Source of the DNA: Guillardia theta CCMP2712
Lineage: Eukaryota > Protista > Cryptophyta
DNA: 64,000 nucleotides
NCBI RefSeq assembly: GCF_000315625.1
Contig: NW_005434653.1
Location: 601,745 to 665,744 of the forward strand
Direction: 5' to 3'
The position numbers were made by a program, and so were the translations under genes. A model generated the notes under the pieces. It saw nothing but the letters and a program-made list of their open reading frames with translations. It did no database searches and was not told where the DNA came from. The stretch's first letter is position 1, and each line of letters starts with the position of its first letter. Positions 1 through 12,520 of the stretch are shown here, piece by piece.

Positions 1-286
1 TCGTCCAGCCAGTGTTAGTGTAACATGGGGTACAGTGCCCCGAACACCGCCTCCTGATGTGAACACTTGCAAGTGTGCCTGGGTCGGTGCCGGTAACTGT
101 ACTCGCTGCCCGAATGACACGGTCATCAACAACATACCCTCGGAGAGCATCTCGCAGTGTGTGTCTCCGATCAGCCTCTACAGGATTCCTGAAAGCTTCA
201 CACACGTGACGGGGGCGATACCGATAGGACTTTACTGCTGCCTTCAGGAAACAGTAGATTTAGAACAACTAGGATTTCATTGTTGA
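1..286 (+). CDS. 3' end of a possible cysteine-rich extracellular protein (partial)
   Basis: ORF ends at 286 with a C-x-C...C-x2-C-P-x-x-T...S-x-S-x-x-x-C pattern (TCKCAWVGAGNCTRCPNDTVINNIPSESISQC), reminiscent of GCC2/GCC3-type repeats. The 5' part would lie outside the window. Confidence 0.35.
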   Translation, partial: RPASVSVTWGTVPRTPPPDVNTCKCAWVGAGNCTRCPNDTVINNIPSESISQCVSPISLYRIPESFTHVTGAIPIGLYCCLQETVDLEQLGFHC

Positions 287-350
287 CGAAAAGATGGAGT
301 TTTCCAACAATAATCGTGTGAGGCCGGGTCATCACGTGCGGATGGCGAAC

Positions 351-3300
351 TCAGATGATCTCGAGTCTCCATGCGTTGGCTTGTTGGCTGGAGCAGTAAG
401 AGACTTGTAGAGCTGCACGCGGGGTGTCATGGGCAACGGAAAGAGAGCTCACTGCCTTCACCTGCATCTCTTCCACAATCTTCTGCAGGAGCTCTAGTTG
501 CCTTCCCTGCGGGGCTTTCTTGATTGCAGTCACTTGCTCCTCCTCCTCCTCCTCCTCCTCCTCCTCCACGAATTGCTTCAGTCGTGTCAGACGCCGCCAA
601 CAGCGATGCAGGTGCCTCACCAGTCCCCCGTTCCTCGCCACCTTCCCTACGGAGATCTTGTCCCTCTCCCGTAGCTCCGAGGGGATGGCGAGGAAGAGCT
701 CGTCGACGGTTGCTTGCGGCTTGACCTTGACCAGCTGCAACGCTGCCTGCGAGGCAAGGCCGTGAGCTGACCTTCTCCTTCCCTAGTGCTTGTTCTCTCC
801 ATCCGCATCCTCCCTTGCTCTGATCCATCTCCTCCTCCTCCTCCACTACCACCATGGGGATCACCACCACCACCTTCTCCTCTTCCTCCCTTCCTCCGAC
901 TCGCACCTCCAGCACGATCTCGTCCCGTGCGGCATCGAAGGAGAAGAGGTGGCGGGAGATTTGCACCATGTCGCTGGCGATGGAGGGGATCGAATCTTCA
1001 TCCCCGCCGTACTTTTGCACAGTCGCGTCCTTGGCTTCCATGTAGGAGTCAACCTGCGCGGGGATCAGGCGGAAGCATGCCAGCCGCTCGAGTCGAGGGA
1101 GACCAAGATGGCGAGAAGAACGTTGAGGAGGATGATGAAGATGAGGAACATGAAGGCGATGTAGAAGATGACTGCCATCTTGCCGTCTACGTACGCCATC
1201 GTTGCGTAGCGGTCGAGCCCGGCTCCGAGCATCCTGCGATCTGAGGTGAGCAAGAGGAAAGAGAAGCGCTGAGGATACATCATCCATCCCGTTCCGAGCG
1301 CGTCGCCGAGGGTCGCAAAGATCTTCATCTGAGGCCCGAAGAGAACATGGGACATGACGGCGAAGCCGAAGAGACAGGTGATGAACATAAGGAGGAAGTG
1401 ATAAAGGTCGGGGATGGAAGTCTCGATGGTGTTGTTGATGATGGCCAGCCTTGGCTGGAAGCGATAGAACTTGAAGCAGCGGAGGAGGGACCTGCATCCA
1501 TCAAGCTGTCAGAGACAGAGATAGGGCAAGGGAAGAGAGGAGAGGAGAGGAGAGGAGAGGAGAGGAGAGGAGAGGAGAGGAGAGGAGAGGAGAGGAGAGG
1601 AGAGGAGAGGAGAGGAGAGGAGAGGAGAGGAGAGGAGAGGAGAGGAGAGGAGAGGAGAGGAGAGGAGATCACAAGAGAATGTTGAAAAAGTTGCCGAAGA
1701 GCTGCATTCTGATGATTGCAGAGGCTCGCTCTAGAATGAGCTCGTATCGGTTGGTGGGAACCTTGCAACTCCCAGTCACAAAGGCAGACACAGGGTGAGG
1801 TGACCACCTTGATGACATTGTTCTCATGCGTGATCATCTGGATCAAACTGATGCGGAGAACGATGTAGTAGACAAAGAGGATGTAGTTGAGAGCGTCTAC
1901 AAGAGTCCACTTGTCTGTCAGGAAGGCTAAAAGCCCTCCTTCGCTGATCTCCTTTCCATTCTCGTCTTCCTTGACAATCCCTGACCATCCTTGCGTGATG
2001 AAAACCTCGGCAGCAGTCCTGCGCGCAAGCACAATCACGGCTCATTTCTTCGAATTGCCTGTACCGGAGGAGAACAGCAATGTTGTTGAAGATCCAAACA
2101 AGGAGAACAATCTCCAAGGCCTGGCAGGGAGTGAGTGGAGGAGGCAGAACAAGCTCCCGTTACGAGTCTGATGGTGTCGCTCTTGGACCCTGGCGTGCAG
2201 AGGTTGCAGGTCTTGTCAAGCTGGGTGGAATTGTTGCACTTGTCGAGCTCCTCGACCGTCTTGAGGCATCCGTGAGTTTGCGCGATCCGATACGGCTCCA
2301 TGTTGATGGACTGGTGACTCAGCTCGTTAGCAGATGGAGAGGAGGAGGCGGGAGAGGAGGAGGAGAAGGAGGAGGAGGAGTAGGAGACTGATATCTGCGG
2401 CTGACCTTAATGTCGACCATGGTGCCTCCTTTGGTGTTGAAGGGAAGGAACGTCCCCGACACTGAGAACCCGAATCGAATCTTGACGAAGGTGAACATGT
2501 GCAGCATCCCGTTGTAGACGGCGAAGCTGATCTCTACCTTGCGGGTGAACCTGTCAGCTGGACATCAGCTCCTCGGGAGGTGAGTGGGAGTTCGAGTCTA
2601 CGTATCAAGCCATCGGTAGTCTTGTAGGAACTGAACTTTCTGCTGGTTGCGAGCAGGGCCGTCAGCCAGGGCTAGGAAGGTCTTGTAGCCGCCATTCTCA
2701 TATTGGGGTGAAATCACCCCGCTGCTGCTGGACCAAAAGCCCAGCGAATTAGGAGCTGAGGTTGCGTTGGGGACTTCATAGGTAAAGCTCTTCCAGAAGC
2801 CGGGAAAGTTCGGATCGTCCCTTGTAGCGTTGACGTCATGAGGAGACGTTGGAGGGCAGCTGAGTCGCACAAGATCACGACAGGTTTCACCTGCAGGAAA
2901 AGATGAACATCGTACCTTTGATCCGGAACGATGTTGCGGTATTCATCCAGTTTGACTGTCCAAGGAACATTCTCATACTGGACCCGTTGCTCCTTTGGAA
3001 CGATGGTTTCCATCGGGGTCTGATCATAGCAAATCGGGTAGAAGTTGTTGTAGGAGCTGGTGCAGTTGTCTTTGAGCTCCCCGTCCACGAGCTTCGAGCA
3101 GTTGTACATCGGCGCTTTGCAGAATTTCTTTGGGAATTGAAGAAGAAAGAAATGAGGCTGTTGACAGCAAGCATACTAAAAGATCTCCTCCTCCTCTTAC
3201 CTTCACCAACCCTCGTTGCTGATTGATCAGCAGCCCTCCGACGAGCTTGTTGTAGCTCAACAGGTAGCCGCTCTCGTTGGTGTTGTAAGCGTCGCCGTTG

Positions 3301-4000
3301 TACCAGGACTCCGGGAACACGTTGGGCATGATTTGGTTTTGAAGACTGTCAGGTTGAGGTCAGAGCAAGGCAAGGAGATCACACGCCAATCACTAGTTGA
3401 AGAAATCTCCAAACGTCGACACATCCTGAAGAGAATTTGATTCGTCGACTACAGCCTCTCGAAGGGCATTGTCTATCATGTATACTTTGCTAATCTGAAC
3501 ACGTGGGGCGTCAGGATACTTGTGGGGTGTTCCAGAACAAACCTCCAACTGCTGGATGAGAACATAGAGATAGAGTGCAAAGAATGCGAAGAACAAGAAC
3601 ATGTCCAGGTATCCCTGGAAAGGGGATCATTCATCCCATCAGGGCGCCAAACTTTAGCCGTACCTTCCATACTTTGCTCCAAGACTTCAAATCAGCAATT
3701 GTCGCCTCCAAGTCCACCAGCATCGCCCCTTCCTCAGTTTGCTCGTCATGCTTCGGATCCGCATTTGAAGGAACCACTGGATGCTTTCCCATCGCTAGAT
3801 CCTCAGGTCTTGTGCCACCTTCACCACCTCGAGGAATCCGAGTCAACAACGTCTCAGCCATCTCGCCGTCATCAACTCCTTCCCCCACCCTTCTCCCTCG
3901 GTCTTCTAGACCTTCTAAGACTCGGTCAGATCTCTTCTCACTGCTAAAGCCTCTCTCCCCTCCCTCCCTCTGCCCTCCGCCGATGCTCTACACCTTGCCC
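351..4000 (-). CDS. PKD2: Polycystin-2 / TRPP-type cation channel, multi-exon; start uncertain (~3890-4225)
   Basis: Exon peptides: S1 (FLFFAFFALYLYVL); TOP domain (YNKLVGGLLINQQR, YENGGY, FLQDYRWLD, VEISFAVYN, F.FSVSG); S2-S3 (LEIVLLVWIF, DKWTLVDALNYILF); pore region (FAVMSHVLFG..F.TLGDA); S6 (FYIAFMFLIFIILLNVLLAILVDSY). Confidence 0.9.
1536..1667. repeat. (GAGAG)n microsatellite inside a PKD2 intron
   Basis: Long perfect pentamer run. Confidence 0.95.
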
Positions 4001-4514
4001 TCATACTCCCAACCCTCTCCTCACTCCGCTCTGCTGCTCCTGCTGCTGCTGCTGCTGCCCCAGCTCCTCCTCCTCCTCCTCCTCCTCCTCCTCCTCCTCC
4101 TCCTGCTCCTCCTCCTGCTCCTCCTCCTCCTGCTCCTCCTCCTGCTCCTCCTTCTGCTCTATCTTCCTCCTCTCTTCCCTCTACCTCCCTCCCCCTTCAT
4201 CGCTCTTCGTCCATCACCTTTCATGCGCAACCTGCTGTTCTCCACCCCACCCACAAAAGTCACCACCCCCCAAGAGACAAAATGCCATTTGCAACCTGCG
4301 ATGTTCTTTTCCCCTTACTTTCAGCATTTCATATATGTCTTCTCAATTAACTATGATATAGCCCAAACGTTCACAATCTCAGACACAAGTGACGTACAAG
4401 AACCCCTCTAAATCTACCTTCCCATGACCCCCCACCCCCCCTCAGGATTCTTACAACGACTCACTGATACAGTTTGCACCAGTAGGAGACCAAAGAGAAA
4501 GTCACCTCGAGTAT

Positions 4515-4756
4515 GACTGACTGACTGACTGACTGACTGACTGACTGACTGACTGACTGACTGACTGACTGACTGACTGACTGACTGACTGACTGACTGA
4601 CTGGCTGACTGACTGACTGACTGACTGACTGACTGACTGACTGACTGACTGACTGACTGACTGACTGACTGACTGACTGACTGACTGACCGACCGACTGA
4701 CCGACCGACTGACTGACGGATCGACCGACCGACCAACCGACCGACTACTGAGGAGA

Positions 4757-4787
<31 letters not shown>

Positions 4788-4824
4788 CAAGAAAGCAAGA
4801 GAAAGGCAGTGTATAGGCAGTCAT

Positions 4825-4853
<29 letters not shown>
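4515..4853. repeat. Compound tetranucleotide microsatellite (GACT)n-(GACC)n-(GGCA)n-(CCAG)n
   Basis: Directly visible; source of the spurious SQSV ORFs. Confidence 0.95.
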
Positions 4854-4855
<2 letters not shown>

Positions 4856-5726
4856 AGCAGAGGCAGGCAGGCGGGTTAGAGGTACTGAGGCACAACAGAT
4901 TATACAGGCAGAGGGCCCAAAGGGAAGTGGGTCTGACATTCAGTCAGACAGAGGGGGAGCGACAGACAAAGATTGTTCCAATGAAGGTGAAAGAGGATGA
5001 ATAGGTTAAAGAAATGAAGCGGATGAGGATGCCAAGCGTTGGATGCAAGGGAGCAGGAACCATAACAAGGAGGACTCGGGTTCTATACAAAGCGTATTGG
5101 GAGGCGATCAGGTAGGATACAGCAGCGAACAACCAGATGTCAAGTACTCTTATACGAACCATCCGTGTGATCTTAGCATGCAAGACTCAAGTTTAATGAG
5201 AAAAGCTCCAAAACCAGCAGCATTGCAGCAACACAAGTATGGAATGCAAGTCGTGTACCCAGTACGATCAGCAGAAGGAGCTTTTCCAGTGAGGTATTGC
5301 ACGAGATGAAATTCACATACAGAGATAGTGATCTTCATCTATCAGTCCCTTCATGTTTCACTGCTCGTGTACAACCTGCAAAGCGGTGGGGACTGTGGAT
5401 AGTATATGAACTTGCAACATGTGATCAGTTGTTCAACCTAATAATCCAATGAATGCCAATTATTCATCGAAAGCGCTTACAACGCCATATATTAGCTTCA
5501 AAAGGTGCACACGGATTTACATTTCACCAACAAGGTCAAATTGTTTTAGCACACCATTTCTTACAACTCAACGACACAAACTTGAAATCTCACCCTACGG
5601 CATTTACTACAATCTACAAAATCCACACTATCGTTTCTTCTGTCCAACTCAACTTATCACCTGTCCGAAGACGCAATCAATTTCTCATGATGCTGTCTCG
5701 CAAGACAAGGAAGTGTAATCCCAACT

Positions 5727-6281
5727 TCAAACCTCGATGCTGTCCTCGCAGCTGATATACCACTCTATCCATTCTCTGTTGATTGGTCTCCAATGGAACT
5801 CATCAGATTCCAAAGCTGTAGCAGATGTAGACTCTTCGCTCCCTGTTGCGCGCAAACTTTTGCAGAAATCAAAGGATGCACTGGTGCAGGATAATGCTGC
5901 GCATTCGCTCTGCTCTGATTTGCTGTCGATAGTCACCAAATTTCTCCTTCCCGCGATTTCAGCTGGCGTCTTTATTGAAGGGCATTTGGACAAGTCTTTG
6001 TCAGTCTTCTTCTTTCTTGAACATCTCCGGTCTTTCTTCTTGCGCTGATAAGGCCATCTTGTTACGCCCAGCTTGCGACAGAGTTGTTTCAATGCAGTAA
6101 GAGAGATTCCAAGAGCAACACTTGCTTTATTTTGTGGAAGGTGAAAGTATTTTTCCAGAACAGCAAGATCGATTGCAATGGGCCTCCTCCCTTTGTGCGG
6201 AGTGACCTTTTGCCCAAGTTTTCTCCTTGGGAACAGGAAGATCTGTCTGTCTGAGGCGGTTTGAGAATGTGATCTATTCAT
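5727..6281 (-). CDS. RWP-RK domain transcription factor, single exon
   Basis: LEKYFHLPQNKASVALGISLTALKQLCRKLGVTRWPYQR is the RWP-RK signature, preceded by FPRRKLGQ. Likely start is MNRSHS (~6281); the upstream PAP repeat comes from a (GGAGCAGGA)n tract. Confidence 0.9.
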   Translation of the reverse strand: MNRSHSQTASDRQIFLFPRRKLGQKVTPHKGRRPIAIDLAVLEKYFHLPQNKASVALGISLTALKQLCRKLGVTRWPYQRKKKDRRCSRKKKTDKDLSKCPSIKTPAEIAGRRNLVTIDSKSEQSECAALSCTSASFDFCKSLRATGSEESTSATALESDEFHWRPINREWIEWYISCEDSIEV

Positions 6282-7039
6282 GAAGCTGATATCCAAAAGA
6301 TACAAGGAAACAGGAGGAGCGGGAGGAGCAGGGGGAGCAGGGGGAGCAGGAGGAGCAGGAGGAGCAGGAGGAGCAGGAGGAGCAGGAGGAGCAGGAGGAG
6401 CAGGAGCAAGGAGTTTCAGGTGCAGAGGCGCGGGGTACTCCACAGGTCGACAGTACAAGAGGGAGGTAGGGGTCATGTAATCTAGATACGAAAAGATGAG
6501 TTTTCCCAGGACTCTTCTGTGAACAGATTTACTACATCATGTCAGCAGATTGCAGAAGCCTTTCAAAAGCCATCAAAAGGAGGGGTAGAAAGAAAAACTG
6601 GTACCGGAATGGAGTCCAAACAACTCGATTTCATAAGTGGCTCAGCACATGTGACAGCTCTCAACGAACATCTCCCCTTCGGCGAAGTATCCCTGCCGAG
6701 GGGGTGGGTCCTCAAATCGTTCCCTCGGACGGAAGGTAGGTCCGATCATCTACGGGGGCAGGTCGGGCACATGAATACAGGTGTCACGCGTTGCTGACGG
6801 TGGTTACCTGTCACGAGGGCAGCAGGACGGCGTCACGGTAACGGCTGTTAGTCGCATCTAGACATGAAGGGGAGCCGGGCCCGGGGGGTAGTACCCTCAT
6901 GAGGTCAGCTGAGGGGGTGGAGGCCCATGACAGTGATGTCAGTGAAGCAGTGTGGTAGTATAACAGGCAAGTAACACAAAGTAACACGGTACAACAAAAC
7001 TATCCGAAGGGTTAGTGCGGCGTACCCGTCGGTCACCGT

Positions 7040-7360
7040 CGAACGGCCTCATCGAACGGTCAACTAAGTCGATCTGTGACTCGCCTCGGACAGGCTGCCT
7101 CGATGACTCGGTGAGTCTGTGACCTGCTGTGAATCGCAGGAGAGGCTTCTAGAACTTCTAGTTCCGGACTACTGTTGTTTGTTCCTTAACGGCATAGTCC
7201 GAACTGTTTGAATATTGAACCCGGCAAGCACCGTAGCCTACCGTCGTACCGGCCGGGCCGGGGCGCGGCGGGCCGGGTGATTTCGGCGGACTACAGGCCC
7301 TGTGTCCCAAGAGGCTCCCAGTACTACGGTAAGGTTCTGACTCTGAGTCACGCGGCAGGA
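7040..7360. repeat. GC-rich palindromic-word island
   Basis: Dense GGCCGG/GTAC/GTGAC/CTGAG words, e.g. CCGGCCGGGCCGGGGCGCGGCGGGCCGGG at ~7249. Confidence 0.6.
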
Positions 7361-7699
7361 TCCGCTTCGGACTTCTGACATGCTGGGGGGACAATCTCTC
7401 TCTGCAGCTTCTCCTCCGCAGGATGACATTGCCTCCTCGGGTAGGTCGGCAGGGGGTTCGGGGAACCGAAGACCTCGGAAGCAGGCAAGATTTCATCGAC
7501 CCCCCGGAGGCACCCAGCGGACTCCGAGGCTCCCATCGATCAGCCTACAGTCAGCCCCACACCTCCACCGCCTCCTCCTCAACCGGCCGATCCTTTCCCG
7601 TCGGAGGACCCTGGTTCGGATTTCCGCGCAGCCCTCTTTGACAACCTGCGTACACAAGACATGCCTTGTGGTACATGGAATTGGCACAGAGCTCTCCCT

Positions 7700-8655
7700 C
7701 TCTTTGCTCAAAAGTGTCCACATAAACTTCTAGAACTGCTGGCTCGCAATCCTTCCATTACCGTACAACCATCAAACACCTCAATCGCCAGACGATTCAT
7801 AAGTGGAAGAGTGCGCTACAGTTTACGCTAGACCTGCTGCACGGTTACCCGGACCTGCATTGCGAGCCTCCGAGGAGCTAAGATTATCCGGAGCTTGTGG
7901 CATGTCTCCCACTGAGTCTCCTGCTGAGAGTGAAACCAGTCCTTGCAACCTCGGACAAAACCGAGATGTGAGCTACCGTATCCATCATTTCCTCCAACTT
8001 GAGGGAGATCAGTGGAAGACCCTGCTGAAACTAGATGAGGGTGTTTCTGTTGACCAAGATGGCCAAGCGGTTTTCAGCAGTGGAGGTCAACAGGATGTCA
8101 CACAGCAGTCCACGGCAGGATCAACTGGGACAGGGCGAGTTACGAGACAGCGGGCATCGCAAGGTAAACCGGCCAACAACCTAATCGGCAAAGTTCAGGC
8201 CGCTCACACTCTGGGCCGGGCCATGCGCCGGAGTGAGGGGGTACAGCAGCCAGCGATGGAGAGCGAGCAGTTGGAGAAGAAGAAAATCCTCTCGGCTGTT
8301 GAGCAATGCCAAAATAGGGATATGAAGAAAGCTAGACAGGCGCTTGTAGGTCATGGCCTGTCTCCAGATCCATTTGAGCAGCTACAGTGGCAGCAAACTC
8401 GTGAGAAATTTCCGACGAGACTGGACCTCATTCCATCGACCATCCTGGACAAAGTAGGCTCCTCAAGGCAAATGCCTGAGTGCTCAGGACGATGCCATCG
8501 CCCATGACCCGGTCACCGCCTCCGAAGTTGCTTGACTCTGACAACACATGATCAGCAAGAGGTGATAGGGAAATTCCTGCGGCGATCCACTGCCTCCTCA
8601 GGCCCTGATCAATTTGGTTGGCGACCGTTCCAGCACCTGCGACAACTTCCGTAGT
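7700..8655 (+). mobile_element. Degenerate CRE-like non-LTR retrotransposon fragment (pre-RT region), second family
   Basis: Colinear with the 44.2-46 kb element: HFLQLEGDQWKTLL~RFLKGEWKALF; DMKKARQALVGHGL~DLHRAVRTLLSSGI; REKFP~QEKFP; SGPDQFGWRPFQHL~AGTDDQGWRIRQHL. Frameshifted and stops before the RT domain. Confidence 0.75.
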
Positions 8656-8779
8656 AAGACTGCCTGATGATCAAGAACGCGATACATTGACCTCATCTTG
8701 TCAGCCGAGCCTCTGTGTGTAGCCGCGATGATCTTTTGTCGGTTCTACCGAAATCTTGCGGGCCTTTGGAGAGCCACTT

Positions 8780-9135
8780 CTTCCTCAGTCACTCTCGGGT
8801 CCGACTGGCCGAGTCAGCCAGCGGAGCACTGCGGCAATCAGTTTGCATCATGCCGGCCCGGTCTCACTGAGTCACTGAGGACTCAGAAAACGGTTGCGGC
8901 CAAGTAAGTTGGCAAATTCTATTATGACGCCAGTAGGTTATTTCTGAAACATCGTGGCAGCAAGAGACGGGTGACTGTGACTTGAAAAGTTTGTCACCGG
9001 GCCGCCCGGCCCGGTTGCCCATAATTGCCACTCAGTGAGCCTGCCAGTCACAGTGATGATCCGCGGCCGGGCGCGGCCGGCCCGGGGCCGATCGGATGCC
9101 CAGCGGGCCCCGGCCCGCACGCCGGCCCAGCATAT
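8780..9135. repeat. GC-rich palindromic-word island
   Basis: CTCACTGAGTCACTGAG, GCCGCCCGGCCCGG, CGCGGCCGGGCGCGGCCGGCCCGGGGCCG. Confidence 0.65.
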
Positions 9136-9556
9136 GCATTTCAAATGTCATCGTGTAGAGTTGAAATATATGAGGTGCATATTTCAAATTATATTTCATT
9201 GGATCGTAGTGCTTGATCACGCGGGCAATGGGCGAGGAGAGGGTCAGAGGAGTGCGGTGGAGTCAGCAGGACAAGAAGCGCGATGTACATAGCAAGATGA
9301 TACACTGAAAGAGACTTAAGAATACATGACATTGAGAAAAGTTGTAGCCAGACGATGTTGGGCACAAAGTGTAGTGAATGAAATCTTTGAGGATTCGGGG
9401 GGGGGAGAGTTGGTTTGCCGAAGCTCAGGCTCGAGATGCAAGAAAGAATTCCTCAGGCCCGTTCCTGTGGTGAATGGAGAGTTGGTAGCAGTTTGCTATG
9501 AATATGCATGGCTGTCACGTATTGACGGTTGCTTTCTTACATCGCCCTTATCAGAG

Positions 9557-11257
9557 ATGGAGGGAGCAGAGACTCAGACGCCGCTGGTGTGTCCTGGACA
9601 CACGCGTGGAGTAGTTCAGGTTTCATTCAGGTGATGTCTTGATCTGTGATCATGATGTCTGAGAGATGGTCCAGTCATCCCACCCCCGATGGCGTCTTTC
9701 TTATCTCTGCTTGTCTGGACGGCAAGCCAATGTATGAACACATCACTCTCCTGCCCGTGTTCAACTTGATGAAACAGGCTTCGACGAGGAGACACGGGGG
9801 ACTGGGTCGGGACTTTCGAAGGACACAAGGGAGCAGTGTGGTCAGCTCGCTTGGACAGACCGGCACTGAGAGCTGCGACGGGATCTGCAGGTTCAGCAAC
9901 ATGCCAATACGATGTGGAGACCTGACTTGCTTAACAGACTTTTCTGCTCGGCTGTGGGATGTAGGACTTGAGATTGTCCTTCTCTTGACGTGTTCACGAG
10001 TCGTTGCAGGCGCTGACGGGCGATCAGCTCCATGACTTCAACTGTGGGCATGTCGTCAAGTCTGTGGACTTCTCCCCTGATAGGTAGGGGAGAGGGGAGC
10101 GAAGCAACCAGTTGACGGTACTGTCAACAGCCACCAGCTCCTCTGCTCAGGAAAATTCAAGAAGTTGAAAGTCTTCGACCTTGAGAAGCTCGCTCCCGTA
10201 GCAGAGGTCTGGCGCTTCAGCGCTTGCGAGGTTGTCATCTGACCCTGTGCAGCTGGAGGGACACACTGTGGGCGTCAAATCTGCTCTGTTCCTTCCCTGT
10301 GGCACAAAGGTGAGGTGGATGAGGAGGAGGGCTGATTTTCACGGCAAGGGCAGGCGATCAGCGGCGGAGAGGACAAGACGCTGCGAGTGTGGGACCTCAA
10401 GAGCAACACACAGATCAAAACCGTAGAGGTGCAGAAGGAGATCACAAGGTTGAGCATGAAGCAGCCTTGCTTGAGTCATCTATCATCATCTACTTCGCTC
10501 ACTCCGCTGATAGCATGCAACTCTCTTACGACGGAGAGATTGTGACTGTCACCGCGGGAACGCAGGTTCATTTCTGGGGAACAAAGGTGAGGGATAGAAG
10601 GAACACTCACGGCCCTTCCGTGAGACCATGCTAGGAACTTGATATGATCAAGAGCTTGGACTGTCCTATCGTGAACCCAACACTAGGAGGAAGTGCCAAA
10701 GTGAAGGTGGGATCTACTCAGTCAGTAGAGCCTCGCGTGACGGGGAGCAGGATATTACTTCAGCATCTTTATCGCCAGACAGGAGACGCTTCATTGCTGG
10801 AGGTCCTGCTGATCAGGTCTCCTTCACTCCCACTCCGTTGAAAATGATGAGACTTGAAGGCTTGGCCGGATCCCTGGGTCCACGTGTTCAACTTCGAGAA
10901 CGGGGTGAGGAGGCGGTGACCTGATTCGGAGGCGGCCAGTGAGCGTGAGGGCAGGAGGAGATCGAATGCAACAAGGGTCATCACGGGCATGTGTGGGACG
11001 TTGCTTTCGGTGCGTGAGCTCAACGAGGGAGATTGAGGAGGGGGGAGGGAAGAGGAGGAAGGAGGAGTTTTGGTGATGCTCTCCACGGCAGCACCGGACG
11101 GAGAGACATACGCGAGCGGTGCGGATGATGGAACCATCAGGATCTGGACGGTGAGTTGAGAGAGCAGAGTTGAGGTCAAAGGAGGAGAGATGAATTTGTG
11201 ACCCGAGGACAGACGGAGCCTGGCAAGCATGACGATTCAAAGACCTCGAGCGAGTGA
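9557..11257 (+). CDS. STRAP: Serine-threonine kinase receptor-associated protein (STRAP/UNRIP), WD40, multi-exon
   Basis: Spliced reading: [106 protein letters not shown], the diagnostic STRAP N-terminus. Confidence 0.93.
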
Positions 11258-11531
11258 CGAAGATCGCATTGGAACGAAGATTTCATTGAATAAACTTTCC
11301 CGCTATTGTCACTAGGAAACAGAGATTGAACATGTTGCCATCGCATCAAATTTTCAATCCCTAATGTTCTATGGGTGGATGCAGGGATGTTGCAAAAGAG
11401 CAAGATTTCAGTTAAGATTGCATACCTTGACTGAAGTGCTCCAGACATGTTGTTGTGCATGAGGCAGGGTGTGAGAATTGCGATCACTTGTAAATTGATG
11501 ATACAATTTATTACAACGCCCTGCGCTAAGT

Positions 11532-11702
11532 TTACTCGTAGAGGGACTTGGTGTAGGTGGCGGTGGCAGCGACGTAGGCGTCACGGGCAGCCTTGTAGGG
11601 GCCGGTGGCGAGCTTGAGCTCGTTGGCAGCCTTCAAGTAGGCATCGCGGGTGGCGCGGTAGGTGGTGGCGTAATCCTCAAGATCGAAGAGAAGGGCGAAC
11701 AT
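11532..11702 (-). CDS. 56-aa Ala/Tyr-rich helical peptide, probable cryptophyte ejectisome (ejectisin/Tri-type) protein
   Basis: MFALLFDLEDYATTYRATRDAYLKAANELKLATGPYKAARDAYVAATATYTKSLYE*. Strong C/G-ending codon bias, a GTATGT...TTGTAG 5'-UTR intron ending 1 nt before the ATG, and ~6 kDa size. The CDS itself is near certain; the family assignment is from recall. Confidence 0.7.
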   Translation of the reverse strand: MFALLFDLEDYATTYRATRDAYLKAANELKLATGPYKAARDAYVAATATYTKSLYE

Positions 11703-12049
11703 CCTACAACAACCAAGTGAGTGAAGCTACCAACAACCAAACTTCACAACACACATACAGAGTGCAACACTAGAGATCACTGCAGGAACACTGGGGAAGA
11801 GAGCCACAAGAGCATCAACATCTCAAGTTTTCATCGCCTGACATAGTGCATGAAAGCTTTCGTGCATTCGTGGCTTCACCTTAGCTGCTTGATTGCCCGT
11901 TCGCCTGCTCTCAAGTTTTATATGCCTAGGTAGAAGTTAAAGATTCTACCGACAAGACCCTAACAGTTCCACAAATACTACAATTTGGAAAGACATTATG
12001 CTCATGGTTTGAAATTATCAAAAGTATGTATGTTTATTGGTGAAAATAA

Positions 12050-12520
12050 TTGCAAATAGAGGAAACATTATTGACCCACCCTCTTCACGACCCTGCGTGG
12101 ATGGGAGGGGATTATACCCTAGCATCATTGAAGACCACCCCATCCAAGCATTGTTCTATATTGGACAAAAACGAATATACCCCTCCATTTAGCATTAAAA
12201 ATACCGGTGTGAATGGAACGCAAAGACCCTACCCCAGAAGAAATCAGTTACTACCCCACCATCCGTTCTTCAGGGGTTTCACTACCCCCTCTGTTCTGCC
12301 TCTTCGTGGTGTCTTTTCGATGGATGGAACAAGGGGTGGGTTGGCAGGTCCATGAGGGAAACAAGAGGGTGGGGTAGGTAAAGTAACCCAAATTGAGCAA
12401 TCCACTATAAAGATAGGGGTGGTTTGTAAGGGATGTTGGTGGGTGCATGACCCCAAGTTGTGCTCCTGACCAAACTTGGTGGGAAAGTAGGAGGTGGGGG
12501 TAGTAAAGCCAGGGGTAGAT
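12050..12520. repeat. ACCC/GGGT-rich intergenic island
   Basis: Recurrent ACCCACCC, TACCCC, GGGTGGGGTAG words with no credible coding signal. Confidence 0.5.

Noticed and set aside
3575-4824. Long poly-Leu and SQSV ORFs
   Set aside because: They are translations of microsatellites or antisense to PKD2.
4880-5340. Possible small spliced gene on +
   Set aside because: Some splice-like sites, but no coherent frame or domain.
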